Assembly (NCBI GenBank): GCA_963720755.1
Contig: CAVRGP010000001.1
Coordinates: 32,001 to 96,000, forward strand
Direction of reading: 5' to 3'
Source of the DNA: an uncultured Chloroflexia bacterium
Lineage (GTDB): Bacteria > Chloroflexota > Limnocylindria > Limnocylindrales > CSP1-4
DNA length: 64,000 nucleotides
A program made the translations under genes and the position numbers. Below, in pieces: positions 37,795 to 47,695 of this stretch (within the stretch, counting starts at the first letter, position 1; every line of letters begins with the position of its first letter). The notes below the pieces were generated by a model. It was not told where the DNA came from. It saw only the letters and a program-made list of their open reading frames with translations, and ran no database searches.

Positions 37795-39167
37795 CGAGGC
37801 GCGTCCGGCGGTGCGACCAGCAGGGCAAGGAGCGGCTCGATGGTCGGCGCATCCGCGATCCCCCACGCGGCGGCCTCGAGCTCTGCGGCGCGGCGACCCG
37901 ACAGCTGGGTCTTGGCCAGCCAGCGGAACTTGGCGGTCAGGTCGTCATCGGTAAAGGGGTCGTCCGACTCGCCTCGAAACGTCGTGTCAGGGCTGGCGAG
38001 GTTCCGCCCGTCGGCCAGGGTCAGGCGGACCCGAGCGAGGAAGCGTTTCGGGAAGGCCGCCGTCAGGTCCGAGGCCTCGACCAGCTCGACCGCGCGGGCC
38101 AGTCGCCGGGTCTCGGCATCGGCGAGACCGGGTCCCAGCATCTCGGCCGGCCCGAGCCCGTACCATCCCACGGCGCCACTCGTCGCCTTCACCAGGGCCG
38201 CCGCCACCGGGAACGGGATCGAGTACTGCGCCTGCTCCGTCGTCTGTGGATCCTGGTGGTCGAGATGGACGGCCTTCTCGAACGTCTCGATCCTGATCGC
38301 GACGACGTCCTCCGAGCGCAGATCCTCGGTTCGGACGAGGGTCAGGACGGCTTCGATCGGTGGCTGCGCCCACCAGCACGCACCATGAGCCTTGAACCCC
38401 TGTTCCATGACGGACCAGTACGAGCCGAGGCTCGACCACCAGGCCCTGGCCGCCGGTGATTCGACCGTGAGTGCCGGCGCACCGGTGAACCCGGCCTCCG
38501 CGAGCATGCCGGCGCTGACCCCGGCCATCGCGCCCCAACCCGACCCGTCCTTGACCATGGTCGGATGGTCGATGCAGCGCATCATCTGGCTGCGCGGGCC
38601 GTGATACTCGGCGATCCCGAGGGCCTCCCGGGTCGTCGTCGAGTCGAGCCCCATCGTCCGCGCATAGAGTGCAGCCGAGCTGATGGCGCCCCAGGCGCCC
38701 GACGTGTGGTAGTCGCCGACCGTCCCGTGGAGCGCCTCCCCGGCGCGGCAGGCCAGGTCATAACCAACGGCCAGGGACGTCAGGAACTCGGCGCCGGTCG
38801 GATACGCGCCGCCTCGAGCGACCCGGCGCTCGACGCTGGCGATCAGCGCCGCGAACAGATGCACGCCGGCATGCCCCAGTGACTCGCGATGAGAGTCGTG
38901 GATGTCGAACGAATCGATGCTCATCCCGGTCGCCATGGCGGCCCCGGGAGCGCTGACCCGACGACCGTCGAGGAGGAGCCGAGCGTCCGTGCCTCCGAAC
39001 GCCGCGACGGCATGATCGTGGACGATCTCCGACATGGGTGTGTTCCGACCGGCCGCGACGGCGGCGCACAGGTCGACGACGCAACGGGTCGTCTGGTGGC
39101 GCACGTCGCCGGACAGGTCCGCCCAGGTCGTGTCGTGAAGGAACGCGATCGGATCCACCGGCGTCAC
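37791..39167 (-). CDS. MmgE/PrpD family protein
   Basis: DIHDSH...GH, YHTSGAWG, GFTG, FKAHGAC, AQYSIPF. Confidence 0.9.
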   Translation of the reverse strand: MTPVDPIAFLHDTTWADLSGDVRHQTTRCVVDLCAAVAAGRNTPMSEIVHDHAVAAFGGTDARLLLDGRRVSAPGAAMATGMSIDSFDIHDSHRESLGHAGVHLFAALIASVERRVARGGAYPTGAEFLTSLAVGYDLACRAGEALHGTVGDYHTSGAWGAISSAALYARTMGLDSTTTREALGIAEYHGPRSQMMRCIDHPTMVKDGSGWGAMAGVSAGMLAEAGFTGAPALTVESPAARAWWSSLGSYWSVMEQGFKAHGACWWAQPPIEAVLTLVRTEDLRSEDVVAIRIETFEKAVHLDHQDPQTTEQAQYSIPFPVAAALVKATSGAVGWYGLGPAEMLGPGLADAETRRLARAVELVEASDLTAAFPKRFLARVRLTLADGRNLASPDTTFRGESDDPFTDDDLTAKFRWLAKTQLSGRRAAELEAAAWGIADAPTIEPLLALLVAPPDAPR

Positions 39168-39922
39168 CAGGCGACCCGCTCGGCAAGAGACATGGCGCGC
39201 CGGATCCGGTCATAGTCGGCGGGATCGGCCGGCACGATCCGCTCAAGCCCGTCCGGGACCGACCCGACCAGGCATTCGGCGATCGCGGACCGGACGGATG
39301 CGCTGAGCCGGCGCGACATCGCGAACGGTGGGGCCGGCCAGTCCCGGGTCCGGGCGACGATCCGGAGCTCGTCCAGACGGCGGTCCCACTTGACCCGATC
39401 GTTCCACACCGTGCTGTCGATGGCGGCACAGTCCGCCTCACCCGCAAGGACCCGGTCGATCGAAGCATCGTGGCCGCCGGTCTCGGTGACGGAGCCGAAG
39501 AACGGCCCGGATCGGCCCGCCTCGGCAAGGTGGACGCGAAGGGCGTGATAGCCGGACCAGGACGATCGCTCGTTGACCGCGAGGGCCGCCCCGGCGAGGT
39601 CCGCGATGCCCGGCCGGCGCTCGTCCGCCCTGGCGATCACGACGCTGTGATAGGTCGGGCCCGGCTCCCCGGGGAACACGGGCGCGGCGACGATCTCGAC
39701 ATCGAGCCGCCCGCTGTCGACCAGACGGGTCGTCACCAGGCCACACATCCACACGAGCCCGACGGTATCGGCGTCGATCGCCGTCTCGACATCCCCCCAG
39801 GAAGCGGGACCGAGCCATCGGAGGTCGATGCCGACTCGCTCCGTCAGTCGCTCCCCGAGCTGCCGGGCGATCGGCTCGGTGTTGGGTCCGAGATAGGAGA
39901 TGAAACCTGGTCCGCGCACCAT
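39164..39922 (-). CDS. PhnD/SsuA-like substrate-binding-fold protein (no signal peptide)
   Basis: CGL, YHSVVI, NERSSWSGY, TGGHDASI...ADCAAIDS. Confidence 0.82.
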   Translation of the reverse strand: MVRGPGFISYLGPNTEPIARQLGERLTERVGIDLRWLGPASWGDVETAIDADTVGLVWMCGLVTTRLVDSGRLDVEIVAAPVFPGEPGPTYHSVVIARADERRPGIADLAGAALAVNERSSWSGYHALRVHLAEAGRSGPFFGSVTETGGHDASIDRVLAGEADCAAIDSTVWNDRVKWDRRLDELRIVARTRDWPAPPFAMSRRLSASVRSAIAECLVGSVPDGLERIVPADPADYDRIRRAMSLAERVAW

Positions 39923-40071
39923 AGGGCCGAGTGTAGGCGTAACAGCCAGCCGAGTTGGCGGCCTGGCTGATCACGCTGGCCGCGCTCGCAGCCGCCTGTG
40001 CCATCGCGGCGTCGATCTGGCCGGAGCCATCTGGGGACTCGGAGCCGGTTCGGTTCGCCCAGTCGAGCTTG

Positions 40072-40863
40072 TTAGTCGAGCTTGGGCTCGCGAACCAGGT
40101 AGCGCTCCATGGCCGACGTCCAGACGACCCGGTCATCGTCGGTGATCGCGAGGGCGGCGTAGCCCGTCTGTCCCTCGAGCCAGTGCAGGCCCGCTGAACC
40201 CATCACGTAGATGGCGGTGGCATAGGCGTCGGTGAAGGCAAGCCCGGGACCGACGACCGTGACGCTGCGCAGGTCGGCCGACACCAGACCCGAGCGCGGA
40301 TCGAAGATGTGGTCACCCCGCTCGTACGATCCGGACGTGGCGATCGCCCGATCGTGCACGTCGAGCAGGGCCGCCACGGCGTCGGGCCGGTCCGGATGGC
40401 GGATGCCGACGCGCCATGGGCGACCCGGCTCCGCCTCGCCGCGGGCCACGATGTCACCGCCGCCATTGAGCCAGTAATTCCGGCCGCCCGCCTCGTCGAT
40501 CCGCCAGCCGGCCTCCTCGAGTGCCCAGCCTTTCACATACCCGGACGGGTCGACGCTGCCGTCGGAGCGGTGGCCACGGGCGTCGAAGGCGCCGTCGGTG
40601 ACCACGGCAAGGTGGTCGCAGGCGGCGAGGACCTGGCGGACGTCGAGGCTGCAATCCCACTCCGCCAATTCGCCCCGCGCGAGGCGAGCGATCTCGCTGT
40701 CGGGACGGTAGGTGCTGAACCGGGCGTCGATGTCGCGGAGTTGCTCGAACACGGCATCGAGGACGGCCGGCTCGACCAGCGGTTCACGCACCTCCACGCT
40801 GATCGCCGTGCCCATGACCGACTCCACCCGTCGGAGCGATCCAGGCGACGATGCCGTGTCCAT
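40072..40863 (-). CDS. apbE: FAD:protein FMN transferase (ApbE), copy 1
   Basis: VMGT, FSTYRPDSE, TDGAFD, DPSGYVKG, GGD, ATSGSYERG.HI.DP, DAYAT. Confidence 0.92.
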   Translation of the reverse strand: MDTASSPGSLRRVESVMGTAISVEVREPLVEPAVLDAVFEQLRDIDARFSTYRPDSEIARLARGELAEWDCSLDVRQVLAACDHLAVVTDGAFDARGHRSDGSVDPSGYVKGWALEEAGWRIDEAGGRNYWLNGGGDIVARGEAEPGRPWRVGIRHPDRPDAVAALLDVHDRAIATSGSYERGDHIFDPRSGLVSADLRSVTVVGPGLAFTDAYATAIYVMGSAGLHWLEGQTGYAALAITDDDRVVWTSAMERYLVREPKLD

Positions 40864-42236
40864 CAGTAGGCGAAGCGTTCGGCGTGGATCTGGCGTCGAG
40901 GCAACCCAAGGCCGCGCAGCGAGGTCTCGATCGCCTGCATCATCGGGGCGGGCCCGCACACGTAGACGTCGTGGTCCCCGATATCAGGCACGAGACGCTG
41001 CAGGCTCCGCGGTCCGAGCGGGTCGGGACGCTGGGTGCGAGGTCCAAGCAGGTAGTGAACGTTGGCACCGCGCACCCTGGCCAGGGCGTCGATCTCCGAT
41101 CGGAAGACGATGTCGTTCGCGTCCCTGGCCCGATACACGAGGGTCATGTCGCCAGGCTTGGCCGGGAGCGCCTCGAACAGCGCGCGCAGCGGAGTGATGC
41201 CGATCCCGCCGGCGATGAGCAGGACCTTCGGTTGCGTTCGGCGAGCCCCGGTGAGCGCCCCATACGGGCCTTCGATGAACACGCGGGTACCGACCTTCAG
41301 TCGCTGGAGTTCGTCCGACCAATCCCCCAGGTCCTTGATCGTGATCCGCAGCCACGCTCCGTTGGGAGCCGATGAGATCGAGAACGGATGACCCCGCCAC
41401 CAGCCTTCGCGGCTCAGGAACCGCCAGACGAAGTACTGGCCGGATCGGACCGCGAGCTGATCGAGATCGCGCCCGCCGATGTAGACGGACACGACCCCCG
41501 GCGCTTCGTACACCACGTTGGTCACGTGGAGTCGGTGCCGCCACGACAGGAGGGCCGGCTGGCCGATGCGGAAGATCAGGACGAGGGCGATGGTCACGAG
41601 ATACATGGCGACCCAATACCCGACGGCGACCGGGTCGTGGATGAAGTCTGCCCCGACGAACAGCTGATGCAGGAACCCGAGGGCGATCGCGAGATAGGCG
41701 TAGAGATGGATCCCGTACCACGTCTCATAGGAGAGGCGTCGCCGGGCCGCCTTCATCGAGCTGATCGCGACCGCCCCGAACAGCACGGCGCTGGCGGTCG
41801 CCATCAGGACGTAGGGATAGGTATCGATCAACGTCCACAACTCGACGACGACGTTGGAGCCATCGCCCATCGCGTAGCCCGTGGTCGTGAGAACGACGTG
41901 ACCGCCCAGGAGCCAGACGCAGGCGAAGCCAAGCCAGCGGTGTGCGCGCGCGAGTCCGTCCATCCCGAACACCTGGTCGAGCCAGGGACTTCTCGACATC
42001 AGGACGAGCTGGATGAGGGCGATGTACGTCCCGTACAGCGCGGTGAGTTGGCCAAGCCCGGTCAGGATGCCACCGACGGTCCCGAGCTGGTCGAGGCCGC
42101 CATGGCGCACCCACATCGCGCCGATGAGCAGGCCGTTCGCGACCAACACTCCGACGATCTCGATCGAACTGATCGACCACTGGCGCGGGAGCGGGACCTG
42201 ACGGTAGCGGGCAGGTGTCACTGGCGGGCTGACCAT
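40863..42236 (-). CDS. Ferric reductase-like TM domain + FAD/NAD-binding oxidoreductase
   Basis: Heme His in AHRW, GHV, IHLY, LHQ; HPFSIS, EGPYG, GGIGITP, YVCGP, HAERF. Confidence 0.92.
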   Translation of the reverse strand: MVSPPVTPARYRQVPLPRQWSISSIEIVGVLVANGLLIGAMWVRHGGLDQLGTVGGILTGLGQLTALYGTYIALIQLVLMSRSPWLDQVFGMDGLARAHRWLGFACVWLLGGHVVLTTTGYAMGDGSNVVVELWTLIDTYPYVLMATASAVLFGAVAISSMKAARRRLSYETWYGIHLYAYLAIALGFLHQLFVGADFIHDPVAVGYWVAMYLVTIALVLIFRIGQPALLSWRHRLHVTNVVYEAPGVVSVYIGGRDLDQLAVRSGQYFVWRFLSREGWWRGHPFSISSAPNGAWLRITIKDLGDWSDELQRLKVGTRVFIEGPYGALTGARRTQPKVLLIAGGIGITPLRALFEALPAKPGDMTLVYRARDANDIVFRSEIDALARVRGANVHYLLGPRTQRPDPLGPRSLQRLVPDIGDHDVYVCGPAPMMQAIETSLRGLGLPRRQIHAERFAY

Positions 42237-42259
42237 GGTCGGACCGTGCCTGACAACCG

Positions 42260-42299
42260 TGAGACGAGTCTGAGAGTCGCGCTCTCAGAAAGCCTTCAG
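42260..42299. promoter_or_regulatory. Symmetric operator in the divergent intergenic region
   Basis: Perfect inverted repeat TCTGAGAG-N5-CTCTCAGA (42269-42289); TGAGAC/TGAGAG direct repeat with 11-bp period. Confidence 0.5.
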
Positions 42300-42346
42300 G
42301 ATCCCCGGCCCATGATCCAGTCGCCCTCGAATTAGGAGCTTCGCCG

Positions 42347-42895
42347 ATGTTCCCAAAGCGCGGCGCTGTGGCCATCGTGGTCACTGCACTGGCACTCGTC
42401 CTCCTGCTCTCGTTCAAGACGCCCGACGCACAGCCGATCGCGCTCGGGTCCGTCGTGTCGCCCGCGACCGGGTCGTCGGGCGCGGCGGTCGTCACGACCC
42501 CGGCGCCGACCAGCCGGGCGGGCTCCGGATCCGGTTCGGCCCCGACCGCCGCGACGCCCGCGACGCCCGCCCCGGCGACCGGCGGTTCAGCGAAGTCCGC
42601 CAAAGCGACCGTGACGGGAAGCCTCGTTCAGACCAGGTATGGGGACGTCGAGGTCCAGGTCTCCGTCGCGAACGGATCGATCACGGACATCCAGGCGGTG
42701 GCGATGCCCTCCGGCGGGCGATCCGGTCAGATCTCCCGCTACGTGGCTCCGATCCTGGCCAGTGAAGCGCTTCAGGTCCAGAGCTCCCGGATCGACGTCA
42801 TCTCGGGCGCGACCTACACCAGTGAGGCGTACGCTCAGTCGCTCCAGTCGGCACTCGACCAGGCCGGCATCGGCGTGATCCAGGTCAACGGCTGA
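42347..42895 (+). CDS. FMN-binding (flavinylated) exported protein
   Basis: N-terminal hydrophobic helix; TRYGDVEV; flavinylation motif DVISGATYTS. Confidence 0.92.
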   Translation: MFPKRGAVAIVVTALALVLLLSFKTPDAQPIALGSVVSPATGSSGAAVVTTPAPTSRAGSGSGSAPTAATPATPAPATGGSAKSAKATVTGSLVQTRYGDVEVQVSVANGSITDIQAVAMPSGGRSGQISRYVAPILASEALQVQSSRIDVISGATYTSEAYAQSLQSALDQAGIGVIQVNG

Positions 42896-44155
42896 TCAGC
42901 CCCCGCCGGCCTCGACCGGCAAGCCTCGCCGCTTCGCCAGGACCAGCTGCAGGTCCTGACTGATCCCGGTGGCGAAACCAGCCTCACTCAGGGCGAGGTA
43001 GTACTCCCACATCCGGATGAAGCGCTCGTCGAAGCCCTGCGCACGGACCTCCGGCAACCGCTCCAGGAACCGAGTCCGCCAGGCACGGAGCGTCAGCACG
43101 TAGCTCGCGGCGATGTCCGTGACGCTTTCGACCAGCAGGCCCGTTCGTGCCGTCGATCGTTCGATGACCGCGAGCGATGGACACAGGCCGCCCGGGAAGA
43201 TGTATGTCTGGATCCAGTTGGCGCCACGGCGCTGCGTCTCATAGGCCGCGTCCGGGAAGGTGATCGACTGGATGCATGCTTTGCCGCCGGGCTTGAGGGC
43301 GGCGTCGACGACCGCGAAGTACGTCTCGAAATACTCGGCGCCGACGGCCTCGAGCATCTCGATCGAGACGACGGCGTCGTAGGTCCCCTCGATGTCCCGG
43401 TAGTCGCGCAACTGGATGTCGACGAGATCGGTCAGACCCGCTTCGCGAACCCGCTCCGTGGCCAGGGCATGCTGTTCCTTGGAGATCGTGATGGAGGTCA
43501 CCCGACAGCCGAGCTCGCCGGCCGCGTACAGCGCGAACCCGCCCCAGCCCGTCCCGATCTCGAGGACGTGCATCCCCGGGGCGAGCCCGGCGCCGGCCGC
43601 CATCCGCCGGTACTTCTCGCGCTGGGCGTCGGCGAGCGACTGGTCCGGCGTCGCGAAGACGGCGCTCGAGTAGGTCATCGTCTCGTCGAGGAAGAGCCGA
43701 TAGAAGTCGTTGCCCAGGTCGTAGTGGGCGCTGATGTTCCGGCGACTCTGGCCCTTCGTGTTGCGCCGGGTCCGGTGGGCGATCGTCCGTCCGAGCTGGG
43801 CCGGGACGCGCCACCAGCCGGTCGACAGGGCGAGCGCGGAGCAATTCAGGGCGGCGAGACGAAGGAGGGCTTCCAGATCCGGGCTGGACCACAAGCCGTC
43901 CATGTACGCCTCCCCGCCGCCGGTCTCGCCGTGGACGAGCATCCGCACGAGGGCCTGGACATCATGGATGTGGATCTCGGCGCGGAGCTCCGCCGCCGGG
44001 TCCCCGAAGTCGCGTCGCGACCCGTCCGGCAGGACCGCGGTCAGGCGGCCGATCCGGATCCGCTCGGCGCCCTTGAGTGCGACCCGCCAGGCCAACCGCT
44101 CGAGGATCCCGCTCGAACCCGAAAGGTCGAGTTCCGTCGACGTCCGTTCACTCAT
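42896..44155 (-). CDS. cfa: Cyclopropane-fatty-acyl-phospholipid synthase family methyltransferase
   Basis: NISAHYDLGNDFY, MTYSSA, LEIGTGWG, SIEMLEAVG, YIFPGG. Confidence 0.92.
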   Translation of the reverse strand: MSERTSTELDLSGSSGILERLAWRVALKGAERIRIGRLTAVLPDGSRRDFGDPAAELRAEIHIHDVQALVRMLVHGETGGGEAYMDGLWSSPDLEALLRLAALNCSALALSTGWWRVPAQLGRTIAHRTRRNTKGQSRRNISAHYDLGNDFYRLFLDETMTYSSAVFATPDQSLADAQREKYRRMAAGAGLAPGMHVLEIGTGWGGFALYAAGELGCRVTSITISKEQHALATERVREAGLTDLVDIQLRDYRDIEGTYDAVVSIEMLEAVGAEYFETYFAVVDAALKPGGKACIQSITFPDAAYETQRRGANWIQTYIFPGGLCPSLAVIERSTARTGLLVESVTDIAASYVLTLRAWRTRFLERLPEVRAQGFDERFIRMWEYYLALSEAGFATGISQDLQLVLAKRRGLPVEAGGG

Positions 44156-44892
44156 CGTGTGGCCTCGCCATGACGATGGAACCGCGCCCCCCGCCGCCAC
44201 AGCTTGAGGGCGTGCCAGTGGATCGACGCGATCGTACGCTGCGTGACGAACGGGTGGCGTACCAGCATGCGCGCGAGGTTCCGGTCGGTCAACGGTAGCC
44301 GGTCGAGGTCCAGGCTGGCGTGGAGCCTGAGCGCCCCTTCCTCATATTCATTGATGGTGATCCGCAGCCTTGCCGACTCGTCCCGGACGTGGACCGTGTA
44401 GCGACCCTCCATCTCGAGGAACGGTGAGACGTAGAAATCCTTGTCCATCGACGCCTCGAAGTCGGTTCCTGCCGCGGCCGGCCGAAGGGTGTACAGGTGG
44501 CGCTCGAGGTGGGTGTTGTGGACTTCCACGATCACGGCTCGAAGGTCGCCGGCCGCGTCGCGACACAGGAAGAAGCTGGCCGGGTTGAAGACATAGCCGA
44601 AGACCCGGAGGTTGGTGATCAGCGTGATCCGCCAATCATCGGGCTCGAACCCCTCCCCGCGCAGGTGCGCCCGGACATCGGAGTCGAGATCGGTCGCCGG
44701 TGGATCGAGATGATCGCCGTCACGGAAGACAAGGACGTTGCGTCCGTTCCGGACCAGGAGGCGGTTCGCATCCGAGACTTCGTCCAGTTCGGACAGGTCG
44801 AGGGCCGCGTAGTAGACGTGATGCTCCAACGCATAGGCGACCGGTGCAGCACGCCGATGACGGACGACGCCCTCGAGCAGATGGGATCTCAT
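44152..44892 (-). CDS. DUF1365 family protein
   Basis: [38 protein letters not shown]. Confidence 0.9.
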   Translation of the reverse strand: MRSHLLEGVVRHRRAAPVAYALEHHVYYAALDLSELDEVSDANRLLVRNGRNVLVFRDGDHLDPPATDLDSDVRAHLRGEGFEPDDWRITLITNLRVFGYVFNPASFFLCRDAAGDLRAVIVEVHNTHLERHLYTLRPAAAGTDFEASMDKDFYVSPFLEMEGRYTVHVRDESARLRITINEYEEGALRLHASLDLDRLPLTDRNLARMLVRHPFVTQRTIASIHWHALKLWRRGARFHRHGEATR

Positions 44893-46169
44893 GCTGCCTG
44901 CTCCGCCTGGCCGGCGTCGCCGATCCGCTCGGCGACCTCGTACCCGGACCGACAACCGTCCTCGTGGAACCCATACCCGAGGTGGGCGCCGGCGTAGTAG
45001 GTGTCGCGATGGCCCTGGAGCCGCCCGATGGCGGATTGCGCCGCGAGCGACTGGAACGTATAGAGGGGATGGCTGAACGCACGGTCGAGGATGACCGCCT
45101 CGTCGCGGACTCGGTCGCCCGGGTTCACCGTTACGAAGTATTGGGTCGGGCTGGACAGGGCCTGGAGCCGGTTCATGTGGTAGGTCATCATGACGGCCGT
45201 TCCGGGCGGGTCGCAGGCGAGTTGATCGACATTCCACGACGACCAGGCCGCCCGTCGCCGGGGCATCACATTCGTGTCCGTGTGCAGCACGACCTGGTTG
45301 CGGTTGTATTCGAACCCGGCCAGGGCTGATCGCTCGGACGCGTCTGCATCCTCGATCAGGCCGAGGGCGTCATCGGCATGGGTGGCCATGACCACGGCAT
45401 CGAACCGCTGCCGGCCCACCCGACCGTTCGTCACGATCGAAGGACCGTACTCATCGCGGGTGACGGCGACGACCGGGTCGCCGGAACGGACCGCGCCCGC
45501 GGGCAGTGCGGCGACCAGTCGCTCCACGTACCGCTGGGACCCGCCGGTCACGGTCCGCCACGGCAGCGCCCGACCGACACCGATGAGACCGTGGTTGTCG
45601 AGGAAGCGGAGCAGGTAGTCGACCGGGTACTCGAGCGTGCGCCCGGGGGCGGTCGACCAGACGGCCGCCGTGATCGGCACGAGGAAGTGGTCGCGGAACG
45701 CCGCGCCGTATCGGCGGTCCGCAAGGTACTCACCGAGGGTCAGGCCCGTGGGTTCGGGGCCGTCGAGGATCGCCCGGGCATCACGGTAGAACCGCAGGAT
45801 GTCGGGGAACATGCGCAGATGCGAGGGTCGGATCGCGAGGTCCTTCTGGGCGAAGAAGCCGGCCACGCCGCGCGAGCCGTACTCGACCGAGCACGACCGG
45901 CAGACCGAGGCGAACGACATGTCGCTCGGCTGGGTTTCGACGCCGAGTTCGGCGAATAGCCCGACGAGCCGTGGATACGTCGGCTCGTTGTAGACGATGA
46001 ACCCGGTATCGATCGCCAGCGACGCGTCCGGTGTCTCGACCGGCACCGTTGCCACATGCCCGCCGGGCGTGGACTCACGTTCGAACAGGGCGACCTCGTG
46101 TCCCGACCTGTGCAGCGCATAGGTCGCGGTCAGACCGCTCACCCCGGCGCCGACGATGGCGACCTTCAT
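44889..46169 (-). CDS. FAD-dependent oxidoreductase (amine-oxidase-like, cfa-associated)
   Basis: [31 protein letters not shown]. Confidence 0.92.
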   Translation of the reverse strand: MKVAIVGAGVSGLTATYALHRSGHEVALFERESTPGGHVATVPVETPDASLAIDTGFIVYNEPTYPRLVGLFAELGVETQPSDMSFASVCRSCSVEYGSRGVAGFFAQKDLAIRPSHLRMFPDILRFYRDARAILDGPEPTGLTLGEYLADRRYGAAFRDHFLVPITAAVWSTAPGRTLEYPVDYLLRFLDNHGLIGVGRALPWRTVTGGSQRYVERLVAALPAGAVRSGDPVVAVTRDEYGPSIVTNGRVGRQRFDAVVMATHADDALGLIEDADASERSALAGFEYNRNQVVLHTDTNVMPRRRAAWSSWNVDQLACDPPGTAVMMTYHMNRLQALSSPTQYFVTVNPGDRVRDEAVILDRAFSHPLYTFQSLAAQSAIGRLQGHRDTYYAGAHLGYGFHEDGCRSGYEVAERIGDAGQAEQAA

Positions 46170-46666
46170 TCGACGGCACCGAGCGCAACCGTCTCGGACA
46201 CTGCCGCCGCCGGTCCCGCCTCGGCGGCTCGTCGGTCGAGCGCCTGCTGCATGCCAGCGAGGGCATCGCGTCCGATCTGGTCGAACCGGCCGCCCAGGAA
46301 GGGCTGGACGAGTCGGAGGATCCCCCCGAGCCGGATGTCGGCCGTATAGTCGATCAGGGTCCCGACGCCATCGGGAGCCGGTTCGAACCGGATCTCATCT
46401 GTCGCCGTGACCCGGGAACCTTCACCGAGAAGGACGACGCGGCGGCCCGGTTCGAAAACGGAGATCCGGTACTCCATCGGGGCGACCCGGCCACCCATCC
46501 GAACGCCGAGCCGATACCTGGCTCCGACCCCGACCGGGCCCGGATCGATCCGCTCCGAACTGGCGACACCCGGGTCCCAATCCACGGCATTGGCGAAATC
46601 CGAAACGAAGGTGAATGTCTCATCGAGCGCAAGGGGCGTCTCGATCCGTTCGTGCAGTCTGGTCAT
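46166..46666 (-). CDS. SRPBCC family protein
   Basis: [23 protein letters not shown]. Confidence 0.88.
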   Translation of the reverse strand: MTRLHERIETPLALDETFTFVSDFANAVDWDPGVASSERIDPGPVGVGARYRLGVRMGGRVAPMEYRISVFEPGRRVVLLGEGSRVTATDEIRFEPAPDGVGTLIDYTADIRLGGILRLVQPFLGGRFDQIGRDALAGMQQALDRRAAEAGPAAAVSETVALGAVE

Positions 46667-46716
46667 CGTTGCTCCGGCTCAGGTCGGTCATCATCGAGGG
46701 CCACAAGGAGCAGCCC

Positions 46717-47694
46717 ATGGATCCCAGGACCGCTATCGACGAGGCCCTCGAGGTCTCCGTCGTCGGGAGCTTCACTCGGGTCGGGATCTCGGTCCGTCAC
46801 CATCTCTTCGATTGGCAAGTGCCGGCGGATGGGTCGCTTGACGGTCGGACCGTTCTCGTGACCGGCCCGACCTCGGGGCTCGGCCGCGAGGTGACCGGCA
46901 CGCTCGCGGCACTCGGGGCCAGGGTGATCCTCGTCGGCCGGAACCCGGAGAAGCTGGGCGTGCTTCGCGACGCCCTGGTCACGACGCATCGGGAGGACCG
47001 GTTCCCCATCGTCGTCGCGGACATGTCGTCACTCGCCTCGGTCCGGGCCGCCGTCGAGCGCATCGTCGCGACGGAACCTCGGCTCGATGTCCTCATCGAC
47101 AACGCCGGCGCCCTGTACGCCGAGCGGATGCAGAGCGCGGACGGCATCGAGGCCACGTTCGCCGTCCTCACCGTCGGTCCCTTCGTCCTCATCGGGGGGC
47201 TCATGCCGCTGCTCCGCGCCACGGGCCGCGCACGAGTCATCAACGTCACCTCCGGCGGGCAGTACACGCAGGCCCTGGACCTCGACGACCTCGAGGGCGC
47301 CTCGCTGCCCTTTTCCGGCGCGCGCGCCTATGCCCGAGCGAAGCGGGCTCAGGTGGCACTCATGCGCGAGTGGGCCCGACGATCGGCCGGAACGGGGGTC
47401 ACCATCAATGCGATGCACCCGGGGTGGGCGGACACGCCGGGGATCGAGGCCAGCCTGCCCGGCTTCTATCGCCTGATGCGACCGCTCCTGCGCACGCCCG
47501 CCGAGGGCGCTGACACCATCGTCTGGCTCGCTGCCGCACCGGAGGCAGCCGGCCTGACCGGCCGGTTGTTCCTCGACCGGCGGGCACGCCCGTTCGACCG
47601 GGTACCCGGCACGCGGCTATCGGCCGCGGACCGACGACGGCTGTGGGACCTGATCGTCGAACGCACGGGCGGGGTGGACCCGGCACCGGACTGA
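46717..47694 (+). CDS. Short-chain dehydrogenase/reductase
   Basis: TGPTSGLG, DNAG, YARAK, MHPGWADTPG. Confidence 0.92.
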   Translation: MDPRTAIDEALEVSVVGSFTRVGISVRHHLFDWQVPADGSLDGRTVLVTGPTSGLGREVTGTLAALGARVILVGRNPEKLGVLRDALVTTHREDRFPIVVADMSSLASVRAAVERIVATEPRLDVLIDNAGALYAERMQSADGIEATFAVLTVGPFVLIGGLMPLLRATGRARVINVTSGGQYTQALDLDDLEGASLPFSGARAYARAKRAQVALMREWARRSAGTGVTINAMHPGWADTPGIEASLPGFYRLMRPLLRTPAEGADTIVWLAAAPEAAGLTGRLFLDRRARPFDRVPGTRLSAADRRRLWDLIVERTGGVDPAPD

Positions 47695-47695
47695 T

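Noticed and set aside
39955-40197. 80-aa ORF with hydrophobic N-terminus
   Set aside because: Overlaps apbE antisense by more than 120 nt; no RBS.
42896-46666. SRPBCC / FAD oxidoreductase / DUF1365 / cfa operon as a novel system
   Set aside because: A widespread, previously described fatty-acid modification module.
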